From Candidatus Coprenecus stercoripullorum (GTDB lineage Bacteria > Bacteroidota > Bacteroidia > Bacteroidales > UBA932), in the NCBI GenBank assembly GCA_018715745.1, contig DVLA01000059.1:6722-70721 (forward strand): a stretch of 64,000 bases of DNA. The letters run 5' to 3'. A program made the translations under genes and the position numbers. Below, one piece after another: positions 38,859 to 47,174 of the stretch. The notes beneath the pieces were generated by a model that was given only the letters and a program-made list of their open reading frames with translations, was not told the origin of the DNA and did no database searches. Every line of letters starts with the position of its first letter. The stretch's first letter is position 1.

Positions 38859-39764
38859 TTATCTTTTCCCAAGAAGATAGGATATGATGGCCATCCTGAC
38901 ATACATCCCGTTTTCGGCCTGCCTGAAATAATACGCATACGGGGTATCGTCCACGTCGGCCGCGATTTCCTGAAGCCTCGGAAGAGGGTGCAGTATCCTC
39001 ATATTGTCCCTGACACCGGCAAGCATCTGGGCGTTCAGGCTGTATACATTCTTGACCTTTTCATACTCCACCGGATCGGTAAACCTTTCCTGCTGTATCC
39101 TGGTCATGTACAATATATCCGTATCCGCAATATGCTCCGCCAGCTCCGACGTCTCCCTGTAGGGGATATGCCTTTCATCCAGAAAATCCTTGTATTCGGC
39201 GGGCATCCTCAGCTCCTGCGGGGACGTAAATATAAAGGACGGTGAAAAGTGCGACAGCGCCTGGAGCAGCGAATGCACGGTCCTGCCATACTTGAGATCT
39301 CCGACCATATTGATGTCGATACCGTCGAGGCGGCCCTGCGTCTGCCTTATGGAATAAAGGTCGAGAAGCGTCTGGCTCGGATGCTGGTTGGCCCCGTCCC
39401 CGGCATTGATGACCGGAACCGAAGCCACCTCGGAAGCATACCTGGCGCTCCCTTCCAAAGGATGGCGCATCACTATGATATCAGCATAGTTGGATACCAT
39501 TTTTATGGTATCTTTCAGGCTCTCTCCCTTACGGATACTGGTATTCCCGGCGTCCGAAAAACCGATTACCTTGGCACCCAGCCTGTTTGCCGCCGTCTCA
39601 AAACTCAGGCGGGTTCTGGTTGACGGCTCGAAGAATATGCAGGCTACGATCTTCCCGTGCAGGAAGTCCTGAGACCTGTCCTTTTCAAATTCCCGTGCCA
39701 CATCGAGGACATGAAGTATCTCCTCCTTCGTAAAATCCTGGATAGAAATTAAACTTTTGGCCAT
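38859..39764 (-). CDS. pyrB: aspartate carbamoyltransferase catalytic subunit
   Basis: 301 aa with carbamoyl-phosphate motif [17 protein letters not shown] and HPLPR. Confidence 0.93.
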   Translation of the reverse strand: MAKSLISIQDFTKEEILHVLDVAREFEKDRSQDFLHGKIVACIFFEPSTRTRLSFETAANRLGAKVIGFSDAGNTSIRKGESLKDTIKMVSNYADIIVMRHPLEGSARYASEVASVPVINAGDGANQHPSQTLLDLYSIRQTQGRLDGIDINMVGDLKYGRTVHSLLQALSHFSPSFIFTSPQELRMPAEYKDFLDERHIPYRETSELAEHIADTDILYMTRIQQERFTDPVEYEKVKNVYSLNAQMLAGVRDNMRILHPLPRLQEIAADVDDTPYAYYFRQAENGMYVRMAIISYLLGKR

Positions 39765-39779
39765 TTATATATTTTGATT

Positions 39780-40409
39780 TTATCTGTCATCCCTTGTTAC
39801 CGATGCCCCGGCCGATTCCATCCTCCCGCAGAAGGTCCCGGTAAGCGCAAGCCTTACCGAGACCTCAAGCGCACACTCCTCCCCGCTTTCCATTCCCGAA
39901 GGCGTCAGCCCCATTTCTTTCAATGCCTTCATCACCTTGTCCATCGCCTGATACCCGAAAGTGACCCTTAAGCGTTCAGCGGCTGTTTTCTCCACCTTCA
40001 CGGCGCATGATATGGCCTCGGCCGCAGCCGTCCTGTATGCCCTTATCAGTCCGGGGACGCCAAGCTTTATACCGCCGAAGTATCTGACTACCACTATCAG
40101 TATGTCACTCAATCCGCTCGAAAGTATCTGACCGTAAATCGGACGCCCTGCCGAAGATGAAGGCTCCCCGTCATCGCTGCACCTCCACTTTTCACCGCAT
40201 CTGCCTATCCTGTACGCATAACAGTAGTGCCTGGCGTCATGGTACTCCTTCCTGAGCTTTTCTATCAGCGGCCTTACCTCCTCCTCCGAGACCACAGGAT
40301 AGGCAAAAGCCATAAACCTGCTGCCCTTTTCCTTATACAGGCCTTCGGAGGGAGATGAAATACCCAAATAAGTATCACTCCCGTCCATTACGCACATGAC
40401 TGGCCACAT
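39780..40409 (-). CDS. YigZ / IMPACT (UPF0029) family protein
   Basis: 209 aa with KGSRFMAFAYPV near the N-terminus and YFGGIKLG, both typical of the family. The exact start is uncertain (Met1, Met5 or Met8). Confidence 0.8.
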   Translation of the reverse strand: MWPVMCVMDGSDTYLGISSPSEGLYKEKGSRFMAFAYPVVSEEEVRPLIEKLRKEYHDARHYCYAYRIGRCGEKWRCSDDGEPSSSAGRPIYGQILSSGLSDILIVVVRYFGGIKLGVPGLIRAYRTAAAEAISCAVKVEKTAAERLRVTFGYQAMDKVMKALKEMGLTPSGMESGEECALEVSVRLALTGTFCGRMESAGASVTRDDR

Positions 40410-40505
40410 CCTTTTTCATAACAGCAAAGATACGCACAATCTTTCATTATCCGACTTTTCCGCCCCCAAAAGCCGGCGGAACTTTGCCGAATAGAAAATG
40501 TACAT

Positions 40506-40513
40506 TATTTTTG
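40506..40513 (+). promoter_or_regulatory. possible -7 box (TATTTTTG) for the LuxC-like/miaA transcription unit
   Basis: TATTTTTG matches TAnnTTTG, 63 nt upstream of the ATG at 40577, in the 167-nt divergent gap. Confidence 0.3.
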
Positions 40514-40576
40514 CCGCCGGGAACGCTGTCATTCAGCAACATAAGTTTACACTGAAACCTTGCGCCCCGTCAGGAC

Positions 40577-41614
40577 ATGGACAACAGGGATTTCATCACA
40601 AAATACGCTGCCCTCGGCAGAAGGATACTGAGGTGGACGTCAGGCGAAGAAGCATGGCCGGAAATGGACATGGCCGTACGGAAAGGAGAGACTGAAAACA
40701 GGCTCTTCACGCCGTATATGCAGAAAAGGGCGTTACATTCCATTGCCTGCGCCTATTTAGATGAGGAAAGGCTGTCCGGCTGGCTTAGCGGATACCCCCG
40801 GCCAGACGGAGCTCCGCACATGTCCCGTAAGCCGGTATGCGCCGTAATCGCGGCCGGCAACATTCCGGCGGTCGCTTTCCACGACATACTGTGCGTCATC
40901 GCCTCAGGCATGAAACCGGTCGTAAAACTGTCATCAAAAGACAGATACCTGCTGCCGCTCCTTTTCGGGGAAGCGGATTTCACCCTCGACGAACAAAGTA
41001 TACTGAAGCTCAGACCGGACGCGCTTTTAGCCATGGGCGGGGACAGTGCGGCAGAACATTTCAGAGAGGCATTCGACGGAATACCATCACTGATAAGGGC
41101 CGGCAGGTTCAGCGCCGCAGCCGTCAGGGGCGACGAGCCGCCCTCCGGGCTGCAGGCCCTTGCGGAAGACATGCTGCTTTATTACGGGTTGGGATGCAGA
41201 AGCGTCACATGCCTGCTCATACCGGAAGGCTACGCAATGGAAGGCCTCGCGGAGGCCATAAATTCATTCTCGGACACCCACCTCGGACCTGTAGCAAGGG
41301 ACAATTACTTAAGGAACAGGGCAATAGCCACAATGTCCGGAGAGAAATTCATAGACACGGGGACAATGATTCTCAAGGAATTGCCTGAAGGGACGGAGTC
41401 TAATGTCAAGCATGCAGGAGAGCCTCCTGTCGCAGGGGCCTGGTACGCTTCATACAGGGACAAAGCGGACATAGAAAAATTTATAGAGGCAAATAAGGGC
41501 GGGATTCAAAAATTTTTCCGTAACTTTGGTACTGCTCAACAACCTTCTCTTGACGACTATCCGGACGGCAAAGACACGCTCGAATTCCTTGTCAAGGTAA
41601 AAAAAACGCTATAA
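40577..41614 (+). CDS. LuxC-like acyl-CoA reductase family protein
   Basis: 345 aa. The segment AAGNIPAVAFHDILCVIASGMKPVVKLSSKDRYLLPLL closely matches the conserved core I recall for Bacteroidota acyl-CoA reductase (LuxC, PF05893) annotations. Confidence 0.65.
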   Translation: MDNRDFITKYAALGRRILRWTSGEEAWPEMDMAVRKGETENRLFTPYMQKRALHSIACAYLDEERLSGWLSGYPRPDGAPHMSRKPVCAVIAAGNIPAVAFHDILCVIASGMKPVVKLSSKDRYLLPLLFGEADFTLDEQSILKLRPDALLAMGGDSAAEHFREAFDGIPSLIRAGRFSAAAVRGDEPPSGLQALAEDMLLYYGLGCRSVTCLLIPEGYAMEGLAEAINSFSDTHLGPVARDNYLRNRAIATMSGEKFIDTGTMILKELPEGTESNVKHAGEPPVAGAWYASYRDKADIEKFIEANKGGIQKFFRNFGTAQQPSLDDYPDGKDTLEFLVKVKKTL

Positions 41615-41615
41615 T

Positions 41616-42110
41616 ATGATTTGCAAATACAAAGCAACGATCCCGGGCAACAAGGTCTTCATGCGGGTATACGAAATCGACTCGGAGGATACGCTTTTCA
41701 ACCTGCATGAGTTCCTGCAGAACGACCTCGGTTTCTCCCCGGACCAGATGGTCCTTTTCACGGCTACGGACAAAAACGGAAAGACCGTAAAGAAGTTCGG
41801 GCTGTTCGACATGGGAGACGGAAGCATGGACAAGATAACGCTGGATTCGCTGATAAGCGGGGACATGCCTGTAATAAGATACGTATTCAACCTGATGAAG
41901 AACCTCTTCATAGAGCTGGCCTTCATTTCCCGGTCGGAATACGACCCCCGCAGGGACTATCCGCGGACCATCATGGAAAAAGGCATGAACCCGGACCAGT
42001 TTTCCGAAGTCTATGAAGATTACGGGGAATATGCCGAAACCGACACGGAAGACGGGGCTTCCTACCTGGAAGAAGAGCTTCCCGAAAACAGGGAATGGGA
42101 AGGGAACTGA
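41616..42110 (+). CDS. hypothetical protein, possibly pRiA4b ORF-3-like domain with acidic tail
   Basis: 164 aa. It starts 1 nt after the LuxC-like stop and overlaps miaA by 16 nt. The N-terminal pattern (YKATIPG.KVFMRVYEI....TLF.LHEFLQ...GF) resembles the PRiA4_ORF3 family fold as I recall it. The C-terminus is strongly acidic. Confidence 0.5.
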   Translation: MICKYKATIPGNKVFMRVYEIDSEDTLFNLHEFLQNDLGFSPDQMVLFTATDKNGKTVKKFGLFDMGDGSMDKITLDSLISGDMPVIRYVFNLMKNLFIELAFISRSEYDPRRDYPRTIMEKGMNPDQFSEVYEDYGEYAETDTEDGASYLEEELPENREWEGN

Positions 42111-42943
42111 TTGTCATTCTCGGACCTACCGCCGTAGGTAAAACGGACTATGCCGTTTCCCTTGCCAAAAAATACGGCACTGTCGTTGTCTCGTGCGACT
42201 CAAGACAGATTTACAGGGAGATGCGTATCGGTACCGCGCCGCCGTCCCCAGAGCAGCTCGCGGCAGTCAGGCACTACTTCATCTTTTCCCATTCTGTAAA
42301 GCAGAGATATTCGGCCGGACAGTACGAAATAGAAGCCATGCAGCTGCTCGAAAAGCTGTTTGAAAAACACGACACCATCATCATGGCAGGAGGCTCGGGA
42401 CTCTATGCCGACGCACTCTGCTACGGTCTCGACGATTTCCCTCCGGCCGACACGGAACTCAGGGAAATCCTTACCCGGAGGGCCATGGAAGAAGGAGTTG
42501 CAGCCCTTGCCGAAGAACTCGGGAAAATCGACCCGGAAAGTTATGCCTCCATAGACCTGTCAAACAGGCAACGGGTCATAAGGGCCCTGGAGGTTACCAT
42601 GTCCACCGGCCGTAAATTCTCCTCATTCAAAAGCGCGCCGCGCAAGAAAAGGCCGTTCGCGATAAAGAGGACCGCCCTGTCAATACCGAGGGAAGAGCTG
42701 TACTCCAGAATAAACTCCAGGGTCGAGAGAATGTTTGAAAACGGCCTTGCCGAAGAGGCCGAAAGCCTCTTGGAATACCGGAATCTCCCTGCGCTCAATA
42801 CCGTAGGATACAGGGAGGTTTTCAGTTATCTCGACGGGAAGATATCGCTCGACGAGGCCGTGGAACTGGTCAAGCGCAACACCCGCCGCTTCGCAAAACG
42901 GCAGATCACCTACTTCGCCGGTATACCGCAACTGCAATTATAA
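42095..42943 (+). CDS. miaA: tRNA dimethylallyltransferase
   Basis: 282 aa with P-loop ILGPTAVGKT, plus DSRQIYR and IMAGGSGLY motifs. Confidence 0.92.
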   Translation: MGRELIVILGPTAVGKTDYAVSLAKKYGTVVVSCDSRQIYREMRIGTAPPSPEQLAAVRHYFIFSHSVKQRYSAGQYEIEAMQLLEKLFEKHDTIIMAGGSGLYADALCYGLDDFPPADTELREILTRRAMEEGVAALAEELGKIDPESYASIDLSNRQRVIRALEVTMSTGRKFSSFKSAPRKKRPFAIKRTALSIPREELYSRINSRVERMFENGLAEEAESLLEYRNLPALNTVGYREVFSYLDGKISLDEAVELVKRNTRRFAKRQITYFAGIPQLQL

Positions 42944-42955
42944 CCGGATTTTTCA

Positions 42956-42963
42956 TAGTTTTG
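42956..42963 (+). promoter_or_regulatory. possible -7 box (TAGTTTTG) for the K+/H+ antiporter gene
   Basis: Matches TAnnTTTG, 35 nt upstream of the ATG at 42999. Confidence 0.35.
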
Positions 42964-42998
42964 TATTTTCATTGGTTCACCTGTAAAAACTGACGGCA

Positions 42999-44651
42999 AT
43001 GACAGTCACACTCCTGCTGCTGATATCCGCAATAGTCATAGTCCTGTGCGTAATACTGAACAATGTGTCCAGCAGAATCGGAATCCCCATGCTTCTCGCA
43101 TTCATACTGCTTGGCATGGCATTCGGTTCGGACGGAATAGTGAGGATCCCGTTCGACAACTTCGACATTACCGAAAGTATCTGTTCAGTAGCACTGATAT
43201 TCATAATGTTCTACGGAGGATTCGGGACAAGGTGGAAAGAAGCGAAGCCCGTGGTGGTAAAGGCAGGCCTGCTTTCCACTCTCGGGGTAGTACTTACGGC
43301 CGGCCTTACCGGACTGTTCTGCCACTACGTACTCGGGATGCCCGCCGAACTGGGATTCCTGATAGGGGCCGTATTAAGCTCCACCGACGCCGCATCGGTT
43401 TTCTCCATCCTGCGTTCGCGCAGACTGGGTCTCAAATACAACACCGCATCCCTGCTCGAGATAGAAAGCGGGAGCAACGACCCCTGTTCCTACATGCTGA
43501 CGGTAGTCATGATGGCCGTAATCGAAGGCAGCGTATCCGGCGGCAGGATTGCCTACATGATATTCGCACAAATAGTCTACGGGGCCGCAATCGGGGCGCT
43601 CATCGCCGTCTCTGCCGTATGGCTCATGAAAAAATTCAGGGCCTCGACCTCCGGCTTCGACACGCTTTTCGTACTGGCGGTGGCCCTGTTTTCATATGCC
43701 ATTCCCAACCTCATAGGCGGGAACGGCTACCTGAGCGCATATATCGTAGGAATCGTACTCGGGAACGCCGACATAAGGGGCAAAAAATCCCTTGTACCGT
43801 TCTTCGACGGGCTTACCAACCTGATGCAAATCATCATCTTCTTCCTCCTCGGTCTGCTCTCTTTTCCCTCCCAGCTCCCGTCCGTGGCCGTTCCGGCCAT
43901 ACTTATTGCGCTGTTCATGACACTAATTGCCCGCCCCGTCTCGGTATTTGCAATAATGACTCCCTTCAGGAGCAAGTTCAGACAACAGGTACTGGTATCC
44001 TTCGTCGGGCTTAGAGGGGCGGCATCAATCGTATTCGCCATAATGGCGCTGCCGGCCGCACGCGAGATAGGCAGCCAGCACGACCTTTTCAACATAGTGC
44101 TCATGGTAGTCCTGCTGTCCATATCCCTTCAGGGATCGCTAATCCCCGCCGTATCCAGGGGGCTCAAAATGACATCCCGTCCGGAAGACATCCTCAAGAC
44201 CTTTACCGACTATTCCGACAATACCGACATCAGTTTCGTACAGATGGACATCAACGACAAAGACCCGTGGAAAGGCAGGGTCATCAGGGATCTGCCCATT
44301 CCGCGCGACACCCTCGTTGCCGCAATCCTGCGTGACGGGAAGGCGATAGTGCCCAACGGCCAGACCCGAATCAATACAGGGGACAAGGTTGTCATGAGCG
44401 CCATCGAATTCAACGATGAGGACGTCATACAGCTTTCGGAACGCAGGATCGAAAGGGGAGATCCGTGGATAGGCAAAAGGGTATACCAGTATTCCCCTGA
44501 CAGCAACGAACTGATAGTCCTGATAAAACGCGGCGACAAGGCCATCATACCCAAAGGCAGCACCATAATCCACAAAAACGACGTAATGGTCATCAACAAG
44601 ATAAGGAAAAAGGCATTGCCTGCGGACAGAAACGGCAATAATTCACAATAA
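42999..44651 (+). CDS. potassium/proton antiporter (CPA1, CvrA/NhaP2-like) with C-terminal TrkA-C (RCK_C) domains
   Basis: 550 aa with about 12 TM helices (SSTDAASV, ESGSNDP motifs), then two soluble RCK_C-like repeats. Confidence 0.85.
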   Translation: MTVTLLLLISAIVIVLCVILNNVSSRIGIPMLLAFILLGMAFGSDGIVRIPFDNFDITESICSVALIFIMFYGGFGTRWKEAKPVVVKAGLLSTLGVVLTAGLTGLFCHYVLGMPAELGFLIGAVLSSTDAASVFSILRSRRLGLKYNTASLLEIESGSNDPCSYMLTVVMMAVIEGSVSGGRIAYMIFAQIVYGAAIGALIAVSAVWLMKKFRASTSGFDTLFVLAVALFSYAIPNLIGGNGYLSAYIVGIVLGNADIRGKKSLVPFFDGLTNLMQIIIFFLLGLLSFPSQLPSVAVPAILIALFMTLIARPVSVFAIMTPFRSKFRQQVLVSFVGLRGAASIVFAIMALPAAREIGSQHDLFNIVLMVVLLSISLQGSLIPAVSRGLKMTSRPEDILKTFTDYSDNTDISFVQMDINDKDPWKGRVIRDLPIPRDTLVAAILRDGKAIVPNGQTRINTGDKVVMSAIEFNDEDVIQLSERRIERGDPWIGKRVYQYSPDSNELIVLIKRGDKAIIPKGSTIIHKNDVMVINKIRKKALPADRNGNNSQ

Positions 44652-44655
44652 CGAT

Positions 44656-45804
44656 ATGGAAAAAGCCAAAGTTTATTTTACAGACCTGCACACATCCACA
44701 AAGCTTCCGCTGGTGAAGAAAATGACAGCCGTAGCCGAAGCGGCCGGAATCGGAAGCATTGACTTCAAGGATAAATTCACTGCTATAAAAATGCACTTCG
44801 GAGAGCCGGGCAACCTTGCCTTCCTGCGTCCCAACTATGCCGCGGGCATGGCCGACCTTATCCGCTCCTACGGCGGCAAGCCTTTTCTTACCGACTCCAA
44901 TACATTGTATTCCGGAGGACGCTCAAACGCCGTTGACCATCTCGCAAGCGCAATGGAAAACGGGTTCAACCGTATATAGGCCAAATGCGACGTAATAATA
45001 GCCGACGGGCTCAAGGGTACCGAATGCCGCGAACTGCCCGTTGAAGGCGGTACCTACTGCAAGACGGCCAAAATAGGTTCGGCCATAGCCGATGCCGACA
45101 TCATCGTAGCGCTGTCGCATTTCAAGGGGCATGAACAGACCGGTTTCGGAGGGGCCCTGAAGAATATGGGAATGGGCTGCGCCAGCGTAGCCGGCAAACT
45201 TGAACTGTATTCATCATCCAAGCCGGTCATAAAAGCCGGCAACTGCCGGTGCTGCGGGATATGCGTAAAGCATTGCGCACATGATGCCATACATATAGAA
45301 AAGACGGAAGAGGCCAACCATGCCGGAAAACATACTGCCGCCGTCATCGATTACGGAAAATGCGTAGGCTGCGGGCAGTGTGTGGCCCTGTGCCAGTACG
45401 AATCGGCAGTACTGCGGGACTGGGACACCTCCGAAACGCTTAACGGCAAAATCGCCGAATACACAAAAGCCATCGTAGCCGGAAGGCCATGTTTCTACAT
45501 CAATTTTATCGTAAATGTCTCTCCTGAATGCGACTGCTGGAACCATAACGATGCCGCCATAATCCCGGATCTGGGCATTGCCGCCTCTTTCGACCCAGTC
45601 GCACTGGACCAGGCATGCGCCGACATGGTAATGGAGGCCCCCGCCCTCCCCGGCAGCAAACTTGAAAAGGCACGTCCGCACGAACACCTGTGCGGTGACG
45701 ACAAGTTCCATATACTTCATCCCGACACGAACTGGCAGGCAGGGCTCGAACATGCCGAGAAAATAGGCGTAGGCACACGACTGTACGAACTGATAAGGAT
45801 CTGA
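44656..45804 (+). pseudogene. DUF362-domain protein with two 4Fe-4S ferredoxin motifs, interrupted by a single in-frame TAG (44977..44979)
   Basis: ORFs 44656..44979 and 45166..45804 are in the same frame. Translation across the gap is continuous and family-like (ENGFNRI*AKCDVIIADGLKGTECRELPVEG...HFKGHEQTGFGGALKNMGMGCAS). The ferredoxin motifs CRCCGICVKHC and CVGCGQCVALC lie downstream. Confidence 0.75.
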
Positions 45805-45831
45805 ACCGCCGGTTGCAATTAATGCACGATT

Positions 45832-45864
45832 TTTGAGAGTGATAGCGATTTTGGCATATATTTG
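45832..45864 (+). promoter_or_regulatory. candidate promoter of the RND efflux operon (-33 TTTG / -7 TATATTTG)
   Basis: TTTG at 45832..45835 and TATATTTG at 45857..45864 are separated by 21 nt. The -7 box ends 20 nt upstream of the ATG. Confidence 0.5.
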
Positions 45865-45884
45865 CCGATTATTTCACATATACA

Positions 45885-47174
45885 ATGCAGATAAACATCC
45901 CAACCGAGAAGATTACTGAGAGAGGTTCGGAACTAATCCGGAAAATAAAAAATATAAAAAAACTGCCGCGATGGATATGGTACATCGTGGCAGTTGTCGC
46001 AGCCGCCGCCATAGCGGCTGCCGTAATAATAATGTGGCCGGAGCCGGAAAAGCCGGAATATCCTGTCGTCGAGGCACAGCAGGTTGTCATAGATGACGTG
46101 GAGATCTACGGAGAATACGCCGGAAGGATACGGGCACAGCAATTCGTAGAAGTGCGCGCCCGTGTGGAGGGCTACCTTGAAAACATGCTGTTCGAAGAGG
46201 GCACCTATATCGAAAAGGACCAGATACTTTTCATTATCGACCCCAAACTGTACAAGGCCAGCGTACAGAAGGCCAAGGCCCAGCTCAACAAGAACAAGGC
46301 CCTGGCGCTGAAAGCTGAAAGGGATCTCGAGCGCATCCGCCCCCTGTACGAGCAGAATGCCGCCAGCCGGCTGGATCTGGACAATGCCATAGCCTCTTAC
46401 GAGAGCGCGGCCGCAGAAGTGGTCATGAGTGAAGCCGACCTTACACAGGCAGAAATAGCACTGGGATACACGACAGTACGTTCCCCCATTTCAGGATACA
46501 TAGGTAAAAGCAACGTAGACCTCGGGACCCTGGTAGGCCCGGGCGGAAAGTCGCTGCTTGCTACCATTGTAAAAAGCGATACGGTGGAAGTCAATTTCAG
46601 CATGACCGGACTGGACTACCTCAAAAGCCGGGAAAGGAATGTGAATCTCGGGCAACAGGACAGCACGCGAAACTGGAATCCGTATATTACAATCACACTG
46701 GCCGACAACTCCGAATACCCGATGAAAGGCATAGTGGACTTCGCCGACCCGCAGGTAGACCCCAACACGGGGACATTTACGGTCAGGGCCGAAATGGCCA
46801 ACCCGAACCATATCCTGCTCCCGGGACAGCTCACGAGGGTACGGCTGCTGCTCGACGTAAGGGAAGACGCAATAGTAGTGCCCTACAAATCCCTTGTAAT
46901 TGAAAAGGGCGGGGCCTATGTATTCGTGGCAAGGCGTGACAGCGTTGTAGAAAAACGCTTTATAGAACTTGGCCCTGAAATAGGCAACAATGTCGTTGTA
47001 GAAAGGGGGCTCGGACTTGACGAACTGATCATTGTGGAAGGGTTCCACAAACTTACCCACGGGATGAAGGTGGATCTCCACATAGTAGAGGGACGATACT
47101 CCCCTGACGGGACCGCTGACAGCAGCAATAACAACAAGGAAGCGTTAAAACCGGAACAGGCAGATGAAAAGTGA
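45885..47174 (+). CDS. RND efflux periplasmic adaptor (membrane fusion protein)
   Basis: 429 aa with a TM/signal anchor, a lipoyl/hairpin coiled-coil region and the typical motif YTTVRSPISGYIG. It has an 11-nt overlap with the RND gene. Confidence 0.9.
   Translation: MQINIPTEKITERGSELIRKIKNIKKLPRWIWYIVAVVAAAAIAAAVIIMWPEPEKPEYPVVEAQQVVIDDVEIYGEYAGRIRAQQFVEVRARVEGYLENMLFEEGTYIEKDQILFIIDPKLYKASVQKAKAQLNKNKALALKAERDLERIRPLYEQNAASRLDLDNAIASYESAAAEVVMSEADLTQAEIALGYTTVRSPISGYIGKSNVDLGTLVGPGGKSLLATIVKSDTVEVNFSMTGLDYLKSRERNVNLGQQDSTRNWNPYITITLADNSEYPMKGIVDFADPQVDPNTGTFTVRAEMANPNHILLPGQLTRVRLLLDVREDAIVVPYKSLVIEKGGAYVFVARRDSVVEKRFIELGPEIGNNVVVERGLGLDELIIVEGFHKLTHGMKVDLHIVEGRYSPDGTADSSNNNKEALKPEQADEK

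Noticed and set aside
40410-40576. The 167-nt divergent intergenic region as a possible riboswitch or sRNA
   Set aside because: I found no recognisable riboswitch core or strong conserved-looking structure by eye, only a short CCGCC...GGCGG hairpin. It is most simply a divergent promoter region.
41616-42110. Treating the pRiA4b-ORF3-like ORF as evidence of a mobile element or plasmid remnant
   Set aside because: There are no transposase, integrase, inverted repeats or target duplications nearby. The gene is tightly coupled between the LuxC-like gene and miaA.
43046-44014. 322-aa same-strand alternative-frame ORF inside the K+/H+ antiporter gene
   Set aside because: It is extremely Arg-rich (RRIRDKVERSEARGGKGRPAFHSRG...), which is typical of an out-of-frame read of a hydrophobic membrane-protein gene. 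There is no independent start signal.
44977-44979. Genome-wide reassignment of TAG (alternative genetic code or pyrrolysine) as the explanation for the in-frame amber
   Set aside because: TAG is used as an ordinary terminator elsewhere in the window (metG at 17210..17212, and the lipoprotein tail at 56256..56258). No other gene shows an in-frame TAG. No Pyl machinery is seen here.
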